Part shown: positions 1-6,418 of the stretch, in pieces
Layout of the letters: every line of letters begins with the position of its first letter
Position numbering within the stretch: position 1 is the stretch's first letter
DNA from: a virus
Taxonomy: Duplodnaviria > Heunggongvirae > Uroviricota > Caudoviricetes
Strand: one strand, 5' to 3'
Length of the DNA stretch: 6,418 nt
IMG/VR virus record: IMGVR_UViG_2703719355_000004
Span: 1-6,418 of that record
Notes under the pieces: generated by a model
The model's database searches: none
Seen by the model: only the letters and a program-made list of their open reading frames with translations
Told to the model about the DNA's origin: nothing
Translations under genes and position numbers: made by a program

Positions 1-167
1 TCGGAGACGGTAATAATTGAGTTCAGCATCTGCTGTAAGTCCTGGGCTTTCTCCATCGCCCATGCCGCTGGCTCCGGTCGTTGACTTTGCACAGGTGGCG
101 GCGACTTGCAGGCGCTTACGACCAGCAGAAACATCAGCACGGAGACTTTCGATAGTCGCGTTAGCAT
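1..167 (-). CDS. Rz1: Rz1-like o-spanin (outer-membrane lipoprotein) embedded out of frame inside Rz; partial, 3' end lies beyond window start
   Basis: Minus-strand ATG at 167..165 preceded by AAGGAG with a 7-nt spacer. Translation [36 protein letters not shown]... has a short signal peptide ending in a lipobox-like VVSAC and a Pro-rich mature part, as in lambda Rz1. It lies wholly inside the Rz ORF in another frame. No stop codon before position 1. Confidence 0.7.
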   Translation of the reverse strand, partial: MLTRLSKVSVLMFLLVVSACKSPPPVQSQRPEPAAWAMEKAQDLQQMLNSIITVS

Positions 168-366
168 CAGCAAGCTCCTTTGTGTATCTGGCGTCGAGTT
201 CTGCTACATCACGTTGACGCTTCTGCATGTCAGCGATGATGGATGCGGCCTTATCGCGCTGCTCTTTGTAGGCGATGGCGTTATCACGGTAATGATTAAC
301 AGCCCATGACAGGCAGGCGATAATGCAGATAACCAGAGCGGAGATAATCGCGGTTACTCTGCTCAT
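1..366 (-). CDS. Rz: Rz-like i-spanin; partial, C-terminus beyond window start
   Basis: Minus-strand ATG at 366..364 overlaps the endolysin stop (ATGA). Translation [41 protein letters not shown]... closely resembles lambda Rz from memory (N-terminal TM helix, then charged coiled-coil region). Open frame continues to position 1 (122 codons in window). Confidence 0.9.
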   Translation of the reverse strand, partial: MSRVTAIISALVICIIACLSWAVNHYRDNAIAYKEQRDKAASIIADMQKRQRDVAELDARYTKELADANATIESLRADVSAGRKRLQVAATCAKSTTGASGMGDGESPGLTADAELNYYRLR

Positions 367-860
367 TGCTGACCCCACAAACAGATTTCACGCTCAATCT
401 CACGACGAGTCATGAGACCTTTCCATTGCTTACCGCCAGCATATGTCCAGCGACGTAGCTGATCACATGCGCCTTTGATATCGCCCTGGTTGATTTTGCG
501 AAGAAGCGTCGATGTTCTGAAATTGCCAGCACCCACGTTGTAAACGAACGAGTAAAGAGCGCCGCGCGTTGTTTCCGGTATATCGACTTTGATGTACGGG
601 TTAATTTGTCTGGCGACAGTGGCAAGGTCTTTATTCAGGAGGGCTTTGCATTCTGCTTCGGTATACGTTTTACCTGGTATGATGTCTTTTCCGGTGTGTC
701 CGTGACATACAGTCCATACACCAACAATATCTTTGTATGGTATGTAGCTGACACCTTCCAGACCATCGTTACCACTTGGACCCGTGATTAACACAGATGC
801 TATAGCAATAGCCCCGCCACCAATAGCAGCAGCAACGGCTTTTCGTAATGATGGAGGCAT
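363..860 (-). CDS. R: SAR endolysin (T4-lysozyme-like muramidase, phage 21 R-type)
   Basis: 165-aa ORF. N-terminal Gly/Ala-rich weakly hydrophobic segment ([19 protein letters not shown]) typical of a signal-anchor-release domain. Catalytic triad spacing E35-x8-D44-x5-T50 ([17 protein letters not shown]) of T4-lysozyme-like enzymes. Start overlaps holin stop (TAATG); GAGGTGA RBS 5 nt upstream. Confidence 0.93.
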   Translation of the reverse strand: MPPSLRKAVAAAIGGGAIAIASVLITGPSGNDGLEGVSYIPYKDIVGVWTVCHGHTGKDIIPGKTYTEAECKALLNKDLATVARQINPYIKVDIPETTRGALYSFVYNVGAGNFRTSTLLRKINQGDIKGACDQLRRWTYAGGKQWKGLMTRREIEREICLWGQQ

Positions 861-1075
861 TATTCACCTCTCGCAGCCTTTCGTCTGTCTTCTCTGATTT
901 TGAAATACAGATTTGTCAGATAGGTGAGAAAGCCCAACACAAGGCTTCCAAGCACCCCAATCGCAGCCCACTGTGATGGACTGACCTGATCCAACCACTG
1001 CAAAAACCAGTATCCCGCACTACCAGCGGATGTTCCGTAGGCAATGCCAGTTGAGATTTTGTCCATTGATTTCAT
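860..1075 (-). CDS. S: Class II pinholin/antiholin with dual start (phage 21 S21 / DLP12 EssD-like)
   Basis: 71-aa [74 protein letters not shown]. Two hydrophobic segments and a charged C-terminus. Dual-start motif M1-K-S-M4 (antiholin from 1075, holin from 1066). GGAGG RBS 8 nt upstream. Matches the phage 21 pinholin as far as I recall it. Confidence 0.9.
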   Translation of the reverse strand: MKSMDKISTGIAYGTSAGSAGYWFLQWLDQVSPSQWAAIGVLGSLVLGFLTYLTNLYFKIREDRRKAARGE

Positions 1076-1472
1076 AGCAACGCCTCCGCAAGTAACGGAT
1101 TGCGTAGTTCTTATATTGGGAATGGGGAAAAGAAGGCCGCAGCGTAACTATCACTGATGAATTCAGGACAGCCAGTGGCTACGGCTCAGTTTGGGTTGTG
1201 CTGTTGCTGGGCGGCGATGACGCCTGTACGCATTTGGTGATCCGGTTCTGCTTCCGGTATTCGCTTAATTCAGCACAACGATAAGAGCACTCAGTGCATT
1301 TAAGCCAAGCCCCATAAGGGAGAATGCTCTTACCTGTTGTGCAGACAAAAAACCGCACGGCGGCGGGTTTAAGCTGTGTGGCGAAGTTACCCATCTTTAC
1401 CAAGTATTCGGTAATAAAATAACTTGTGGTGTTCTCATTTTTATGCCGATAAAATAAACGGTCCACTTTCAA

Positions 1473-2405
1473 ATGGAGCGATTCATGATTTTTCTCAGAA
1501 CTGAAAACGGCATCGAGAAACTTGAAAACTGGGAGGAAATTATATCCAGACCAAACTTTGTCACCACTATAGACAAAGGAGTTCAACAACTTGAGGAGAT
1601 AATTGGTTACTACAAATTTAAAGAAGAAATCCACTGTGGTCTAACTGGTTGCAACCAACCACATCAAATGGGTTATATTGTAAAAACATCTAGTGGCATT
1701 GAAACCAACATCGGAAATAAATGTGGTAAAAACGAATTTGGTGTGGAATTTGGTGAAAACGTTCTTAGTTTCAATAAATTTATGCAACTCGAAACCAATC
1801 GGGAAATTATTAGCACCGCAAAAAGTAAATGTGAAGAGTGGCAAAAAAATATTGAAACGATACGAAATATCAAACCCACAATAGATTATCTATCTTCTAC
1901 CATCGAAAATAGTAAAAATTCCAATTACTCCGGAAGACTTGGTGCTACAGAAATTCGTTTTTTGACCAAGAGCCAGACAGGCCTTGTAACCCTTTCTGAA
2001 GTGGAAACTGATAAGAATACCAAAACAATTCTGTTCGCAATGAATGAACACATGCGCGAGTCTGGAGAGGCAATAAGTGAATTCTACATAGGAAAAGTAT
2101 CATTTAGTCATGTTCTTTTACCAGAAAACAATCTTCGTGATTTTTTTGTTGCGCTCAAAGAAGATATAAAAAAAATTCAGTGTATTGATCTACAAACAGC
2201 CCCAAGCCCAGAAATTTCTAATGTTGCCCAAATTGCCAGTTCAATCGAAGAACGAATCAAGCGATTAAAAAAACTGAAACATGAAGCCAGTAAATTCCTA
2301 ACTAAAAAAAATCTGCGTCCCATCGCAAACAAAATAAAATACTCATCGACAGCGGATGAACTTGAATTCCATAATTTCGAACGCTTTTTAAACGGGCTGA
2401 AATGA
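1473..2405 (+). CDS. Hypothetical protein, AT-rich foreign insert in the Q-S moron slot; candidate accessory/anti-phage gene (function unknown)
   Basis: Long uninterrupted ORF (310 aa from ATG 1473; 306 aa from ATG 1485, which has GGAG 6 nt upstream). Only plus-strand gene in the window, convergent with Q. Visibly much more A+T-rich than all flanking genes, with K/E/N/I-rich codon usage. Hairpin terminator directly after the stop. No family recognised. Confidence 0.8.
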   Translation: MERFMIFLRTENGIEKLENWEEIISRPNFVTTIDKGVQQLEEIIGYYKFKEEIHCGLTGCNQPHQMGYIVKTSSGIETNIGNKCGKNEFGVEFGENVLSFNKFMQLETNREIISTAKSKCEEWQKNIETIRNIKPTIDYLSSTIENSKNSNYSGRLGATEIRFLTKSQTGLVTLSEVETDKNTKTILFAMNEHMRESGEAISEFYIGKVSFSHVLLPENNLRDFFVALKEDIKKIQCIDLQTAPSPEISNVAQIASSIEERIKRLKKLKHEASKFLTKKNLRPIANKIKYSSTADELEFHNFERFLNGLK

Positions 2406-2408
2406 TAA

Positions 2409-2426
2409 AAGCCCCGAAAGGGGCTT
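2409..2426. terminator. Intrinsic terminator hairpin (7-bp stem, GAAA tetraloop), probably bidirectional between the convergent genes
   Basis: AAGCCCC-GAAA-GGGGCTT at 2409-2426. On the minus strand the stem is followed by TTATCATTT; on the plus strand it is preceded by an A-run and followed by CTATCAAAATCATTT. Sits 4 nt after the moron stop and about 95 nt downstream of the Q stop. Confidence 0.55.
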
Positions 2427-2519
2427 CTATCAAAATCATTTACGCATTATTCCGCATGCTTAAAAGAATACATGACAGATTCGGACAAAATCAAGTGCAA
2501 TGTCGCAAAAACCCTAAGC
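2427..2519 (-). promoter_or_regulatory. Putative Q-dependent late promoter region (pR'-like, possibly with the Q-utilisation site) between the Q stop and the hairpin
   Basis: Position only: lambdoid pR'/qut lie immediately downstream of Q and upstream of the first late terminator. Weak sigma70-like hexamers on the minus strand (TTGATT, 18-nt spacer, TATTCT with TG just upstream; or TTGCAC, 17-nt spacer, TGTCAT). No strong consensus match. Confidence 0.25.
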
Positions 2520-3350
2520 TTAGTTCACATCATCACCAAAACTTGTCACATTCTGAAAAGCAATATCGGCCTTACGCTCTTCCTGGTGGCAAATGTCAAC
2601 CAGAGAATCAAGAAACGGCTTCCAATTACGCGTCCATGTCCTGACATGTAGCTCGGGTATCCGCTTCAGTACAACTTTATATACTGTGGTAGACGGTACC
2701 GTGGAAAATCCATTTCCGCTGCAACGTTCGCAGATTTTAAACACTGGCACACCACGCTCGCTTGTGGCTTTGCGGTCCAGTACCTCTCCCTTTCCACCAC
2801 AACGACACCTGGCACTTATCACTCCCTTCCCTCTACATACATCGCAAACGACTAGTACAACTTCCGTTACCTCTGTCCATTTCTCCCAATCTGACGGTCG
2901 AACAGCACGGGAGCGACTGGCCCAATATGGTGCTTTACCCCATGGGTATGAAACCTTACGAATGACCTGCTTACGGGGTGTTAGTCCGGTACCACTGCAA
3001 CTATGGCATGTTACGCTGGTGGCCGCCGATCGGGAATACTCAGCAAAAGCAAACTGCGCCAGTACCAGCATACACCAGCCAAATTCACCACCAGCTGCTT
3101 TACGCACATTCTTCGGTGCAATTTCCATCGCGTGACGCGCCAGCGCCTGGACTGCCATCTGCTCATCAGTCTTGCTGATACCGGCCTTCCCGAAGAAGGC
3201 CGCCAGGCCAAACCGCTCACGATTGCTGGTGGTACCAATAGCCGCCATAACATCGGTGCCTGTAAGACGTTCCGGAGAGGTTCCTTTCACATCGTCGCCG
3301 ATATACATTCCCTGAGGACTGAAGTATTTTAGCGATGCCTCAAGCTTCAT
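2520..3350 (-). CDS. Q: Late-gene antitermination protein Q (Q82/933W-like family) with Cys-rich zinc-finger repeats
   Basis: 276-aa ORF immediately upstream of the lysis region on the late strand. Contains TGTDVMAA...FG.AAF.GK and AQFAFAEYSRSAAT followed by CxxCxGxG motifs, which I recall from enterobacterial prophage Q proteins. Four Cys pairs: C115/C118, C169/C172, C182/C184, C207/C210. Start overlaps upstream gene stop (TAATG). Confidence 0.75.
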   Translation of the reverse strand: MKLEASLKYFSPQGMYIGDDVKGTSPERLTGTDVMAAIGTTSNRERFGLAAFFGKAGISKTDEQMAVQALARHAMEIAPKNVRKAAGGEFGWCMLVLAQFAFAEYSRSAATSVTCHSCSGTGLTPRKQVIRKVSYPWGKAPYWASRSRAVRPSDWEKWTEVTEVVLVVCDVCRGKGVISARCRCGGKGEVLDRKATSERGVPVFKICERCSGNGFSTVPSTTVYKVVLKRIPELHVRTWTRNWKPFLDSLVDICHQEERKADIAFQNVTSFGDDVN

Positions 3351-4207
3351 TATTCACACTCCCCAACCAGATTAAGAATAACCGCCGCGCCATTGTCTTT
3401 CATATATTCGCCCTTTCCGCTTGCCAAAAACCAACGACACACCTCCACGGCTTCAGCCCGTGTCACCGGTTTGATGGTCATCAGCAATTTTTCAAGATAG
3501 CGCTCGCGGTCATATACCGATTCGTGATGCTCAGAGTAACCAAACTCATCGCCCTGTTCTTTAGTTGCAGTGTGGCGAACACTGTAGAGCCAGTCCCAGT
3601 AAACAAACTCACGAACTACGTCTGACAATGTATGAGGCTCTGGCAGTACATCACGATAGCCATCAACATATGCCCGGCGCTGATCATCAATTTCATTCAT
3701 ACGGATGCCGTCAATTCTGCCCGCGTTCTTCTCGGCTGCAGTCCAGCCCCAAAAGTGATCGTCGATAAATTTCGGGGAAGACTTGATTACTCGCTCGGCC
3801 TCCACATCTTCGAGAGCTGCCTCATAGCTGCCGAACGTGGCCCTGACTGATGCTGCTTTTTTGATGTTCTCCCGGGCGTTCTTGATTGCCCGGGCCGGGT
3901 TATCCATGCCGATGATACCGAAAGCAACCTGGAAAGGATCTCCACCATTCGCCAGCAGATAACGCGAATAGCGTTCCTGGGCCTCTTTTGGGGAAATTTT
4001 AATTTTCACCAGCGCGGCCTCAGCAGCATCCAGATGTGCGGGTTCGTTCAGACGGATAACCTCCAGCACCCAAAGATAAGCATCAGTCTGCTTATGCCCG
4101 GTGATTCTCCGTTGCTCTGGCAGGGGCTTAATGTTTGCGATGGCGGAGCTGTACGTTGCCGTCGGGATGGTGAATAGTGCTTTATGTTCGTTGTTATCAG
4201 TACGCAT
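3350..4207 (-). CDS. Hypothetical phage protein (unknown function), between primase-like gene and Q
   Basis: 285-aa ORF with flank-like base composition, coupled at both ends by TAATG stop/start overlaps to the primase-like gene and Q. No nucleotide-binding or catalytic motif recognised. Confidence 0.75.
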   Translation of the reverse strand: MRTDNNEHKALFTIPTATYSSAIANIKPLPEQRRITGHKQTDAYLWVLEVIRLNEPAHLDAAEAALVKIKISPKEAQERYSRYLLANGGDPFQVAFGIIGMDNPARAIKNARENIKKAASVRATFGSYEAALEDVEAERVIKSSPKFIDDHFWGWTAAEKNAGRIDGIRMNEIDDQRRAYVDGYRDVLPEPHTLSDVVREFVYWDWLYSVRHTATKEQGDEFGYSEHHESVYDRERYLEKLLMTIKPVTRAEAVEVCRWFLASGKGEYMKDNGAAVILNLVGECE

Positions 4208-5175
4208 TACGCAACCGCCTTTTTCTTATGGAAAACCAGCTCTCGAACCTGATCACCGTTCATGAGCATATTGTTGAAATCATCGTGATCCGGCCAGTAC
4301 ACGCTCACGCGCTGCAGGTCATTCTTTGCCATCAGATTGGCATGAGCACATTCGCAAGCTGCAGCCAGCCCGGTGGCGCTGTTCTCGTCACGGTCGGCAA
4401 AAATAATCAGGTGCAGAACACCAGCTGGTACGCGGAACTTTTTCATAAAGCCGCTGTTAATGGTTGCCCAAGTGTTCACGTTATAAATCTGGTGCGCTGA
4501 CAGCGCTGTTTCGATACCTTCGGCGATACCCAGAGTGCTGGCGACAGGAAACATGCGGATAGCTACAGAACGAGCGTGATCCAAATAGTTATCTTCCTGC
4601 AGGGATTTGAGGCGCTTTGCACTGCTACCGATATCTGCTTTTTTATCACCATCAAGCAGAGTCTGGTGCAGATAGCACAACTCCCCTTTATCGTCCGTAG
4701 CAAGTGAATAAAGAGACTGGAACACACTCCCGTTGTGTCTCTGCCTGGCATTGAACCGGATCGCCTCAGCAGGAAGACTGAATATTCCACGAGAATTAAG
4801 ATACGCTGCGCCGGATGTACCACGCAGTGCCTCCAGTTTTGAAAACTTGCTCAATACCCGTTTGCGTAAGCTGGTGGCGCTGCTGGTTACCGGGATTTTA
4901 ACCCGTTGGTAATCATTACCGATCAGGCGGTCTATTTCGGTACAAATCTCGTTAAATGGCTTCGCCTGTGTCAGGGTGACAAGTTTCATACCATCGCCAC
5001 TACCACATACACAGATCCACGTTCCTGCACCGTCGCGGTCGTCAATTCGGAACTTGCCACGTGCACCGCATACCGGGCATTCACCCTTGAAGTGATTTTT
5101 TCCGGTTATCGGCGGCAGACCGAAGTGCTCTAATATTTCAGGCCAGCGGCCTTTCGCTGCATCTGCTGTTTTCAT
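4207..5175 (-). CDS. Primase-like protein: N-terminal primase-type zinc ribbon plus Toprim domain
   Basis: 322-aa ORF. N-terminal CPVCGARGKF...WICVCGSGDG (C-x2-C...C-x-C) resembles the zinc-binding domain of P4-alpha/TraC-type primases. Toprim signatures: conserved Glu in GIAEGIETALS and acidic DxD-type motif in LIIFADRDENSATG. ATG lies 1 nt after the helicase stop. Confidence 0.8.
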   Translation of the reverse strand: MKTADAAKGRWPEILEHFGLPPITGKNHFKGECPVCGARGKFRIDDRDGAGTWICVCGSGDGMKLVTLTQAKPFNEICTEIDRLIGNDYQRVKIPVTSSATSLRKRVLSKFSKLEALRGTSGAAYLNSRGIFSLPAEAIRFNARQRHNGSVFQSLYSLATDDKGELCYLHQTLLDGDKKADIGSSAKRLKSLQEDNYLDHARSVAIRMFPVASTLGIAEGIETALSAHQIYNVNTWATINSGFMKKFRVPAGVLHLIIFADRDENSATGLAAACECAHANLMAKNDLQRVSVYWPDHDDFNNMLMNGDQVRELVFHKKKAVA

Positions 5176-5176
5176 C

Positions 5177-6418
5177 TTACTGACTCAGACTGTTTATATT
5201 TTTCTGGAGTTGGTGCTTTGCCTGCATGATGCGCCAGGCCTCACTGCCTGCCGGTATCTCACGTCGTTCATCACGTTCCTGAGATAAATCAATCGTTGTT
5301 TGTGCGTTTTCAGTGACCTTCTGAACCCGCTGGTGGCCTTTGGCAAACCGGATCAGTTTGTGTCTGATGTAGTTATTTACCTCAGGGGTAATTTCCATCG
5401 GAAAGTTACTCAGTCCGTCAGGCCACTCACCGAACTTTTCCCGGAAAGTGTGAGCACACCATCCGTCACTGACTGGACGCCCCAGCGAAGCACGCTGGCG
5501 CTGATAAAATTTGATCTGACTCCACCAGGACTGTTTCTCTGCCTTCGTCGACTGATGCTGATTTTTACCCAGCTTATTAAGTTTGCGGCTAGTGTCAGTA
5601 TCAACGTCTTCACCTCGCAGCGGCTTGTGTCCACATTTCGGGCAAACATAGACGCCTGCTGGCTTCATGTAGTGGCATTGGGGGCATTCATGTGGCAGTT
5701 TTGCGGCCCGTTCCTCAACTGCCCGGCGCGCGCTTTCCTCCATGCCGTCAGACTTACCGGGAAGCTCGTCGTACTCGATTGAATCCGGATAACCCAAACG
5801 GTGCACGGTGCCGCTGTGATCGAAGATAAGGCAGGACTCTTTACCCGGTGCGGTGCGCAGCCCACGCCCGAGAGCCTGCAACCAGCGAATTTCGCTTTTT
5901 GTTGGCCTGGCGTAGATGATGCAACGAACGTCACTATCAAAGCCGGCCACCAGAACGCCCACACTAACGATGATTTTCGTTGCACCGGTTTCAAAGCGGT
6001 GAATGATGGTCTGGCGCTCATCTACCGGAGTGTCGGCGGTCATTACCTCAGCGTTAACACCCGCCAGGTTAAACTGGATTGTCAGATAATTGGCGTGAGC
6101 TACGTTGACGCAGAAAGCGATGGTAGGTAAATCCCGACCATTCTCCAGCCAGTTCTGTACGATGTCGCCCACCAGCGTAGAGCCGCACATGATTTCAGCC
6201 AGCTGTGTTTCGTTGTAATCGCGGCCGTACTCAAGCGAAGATGTGGTTTTAACACCTTTCAGATCCGGCTTAGTTGGCGCGTAAAATTCGTATTTACTCA
6301 GATCGCCACGCTGGATTAACTCGCCGATGGTGGTCGGCTTAATCAGTCGGTCTGAACCGCCCCGGAAATCCTGGAGACTAAACTCCCTGAGAAAGAGGTA
6401 AACAGGATGACTAAAAAT
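5177..6418 (-). CDS. SF2 (DEAD/DEAH-like) helicase, C-terminal portion; N-terminus beyond window end
   Basis: Minus-strand frame is open from 6418 to stop at 5177 (the ORF track begins at an internal Met at 6190). Helicase C-terminal-domain motifs are present: VGVLVAGFDSDV, IIYARPTKSEIRWLQALGRGLR (QxxGRxxR motif VI). A C-terminal zinc ribbon follows (CPQCHY...CPKCGH). Confidence 0.8.
   Translation of the reverse strand: MFSHPVYLFLREFSLQDFRGGSDRLIKPTTIGELIQRGDLSKYEFYAPTKPDLKGVKTTSSLEYGRDYNETQLAEIMCGSTLVGDIVQNWLENGRDLPTIAFCVNVAHANYLTIQFNLAGVNAEVMTADTPVDERQTIIHRFETGATKIIVSVGVLVAGFDSDVRCIIYARPTKSEIRWLQALGRGLRTAPGKESCLIFDHSGTVHRLGYPDSIEYDELPGKSDGMEESARRAVEERAAKLPHECPQCHYMKPAGVYVCPKCGHKPLRGEDVDTDTSRKLNKLGKNQHQSTKAEKQSWWSQIKFYQRQRASLGRPVSDGWCAHTFREKFGEWPDGLSNFPMEITPEVNNYIRHKLIRFAKGHQRVQKVTENAQTTIDLSQERDERREIPAGSEAWRIMQAKHQLQKNINSLSQ

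Noticed and set aside
17-309. Plus-strand ORFs 17-217 and 106-309
   Set aside because: They lie antisense to the well-supported Rz/Rz1 genes, have no RBS and no recognisable features; shadow ORFs.
410-791. ORFs 410-625 (minus) and 606-791 (plus) overlapping the endolysin
   Set aside because: Alternate-frame or antisense overlaps of a gene with clear catalytic motifs; no independent support.
1076-1472. Possible tRNA gene in the Q-S region, as in some Stx-type prophages
   Set aside because: No GTTCGAATC-type T-loop or cloverleaf-compatible sequence is visible on either strand here.
1179-1634. Full 151-aa minus-strand ORF 1179-1634
   Set aside because: Its 5' part runs antisense through the start and first 160 bp of the AT-rich plus-strand gene. 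Only its 3' 71 codons (from ATG 1394) lie in intergenic DNA, and these are treated as a separate low-confidence finding.
1641-1884. Three short ORFs (1641-1844 -, 1673-1879 -, 1693-1884 +) inside the moron
   Set aside because: Fully contained within the long 310-aa ORF in other frames or antisense; low-complexity AT-rich translations.
1405-2492. Possible short direct repeats flanking the moron (ATTCGGTAATAAAAT near 1405-1420, ATTCGGACAAAAT near 2479-2492)
   Set aside because: Only a partial, gapped match in AT-rich sequence, easily chance; not at symmetric distances from the insert boundaries.
2402-2644. Plus-strand ORF 2402-2644 (80 aa)
   Set aside because: Spans the terminator hairpin and runs antisense into the 3' end of Q; it starts at the moron's stop codon with no RBS.
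2593-3332. ORFs 2593-3135 +, 2762-2965 +, 2978-3178 +, 3003-3332 + and 3011-3253 - within the Q gene
   Set aside because: Antisense or alternate-frame overlaps of the Q ORF, whose frame carries the conserved Cys-pair motifs.
3335-3850. Plus-strand ORFs 3335-3625, 3565-3768 and 3632-3850
   Set aside because: Antisense to the 285-aa minus-strand gene, which is translationally coupled to its neighbours; no supporting signals.
4177-5133. ORFs 4177-4500 +, 4563-4823 - and 4906-5133 + inside the primase-like gene
   Set aside because: Overlap a gene with clear zinc-ribbon and Toprim motifs; shadow ORFs.
5300-6130. ORFs 5300-5782 +, 5410-5649 -, 5665-6021 - and 5801-6130 + inside the helicase gene
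   Set aside because: Alternate-frame or antisense overlaps of the helicase ORF, which carries canonical motif VI.
1-6418. CRISPR array, IS element or integrase/att site
   Set aside because: No regularly spaced direct repeats, no terminal inverted repeats and no transposase- or integrase-like ORF in any frame.

Overview
This window is a segment of a lambdoid (phage 21 / lambda-like) prophage, probably from an enterobacterium, with the phage genes on the minus strand. From high to low coordinates: the C-terminal part of an SF2 helicase (5177-6418, runs off the window), a zinc-ribbon + Toprim primase-like protein (4207-5175), a 285-aa protein of unknown function (3350-4207), the late antiterminator Q (2520-3350), then one AT-rich 310-aa gene on the opposite (+) strand (1473-2405), then the lysis cassette: pinholin S (860-1075), SAR endolysin R (363-860) and Rz with embedded Rz1 (1-366, runs off the window). 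The stand-out is the AT-rich plus-strand gene in the Q-to-S slot, the position where Stx phages carry their toxin genes. I cannot place it in any family I recognise and flag it as a candidate novel accessory or anti-phage function. No rRNA, tRNA, CRISPR array or IS element was seen. All family assignments are from reading motifs and from memory of reference proteins; no database search was run.
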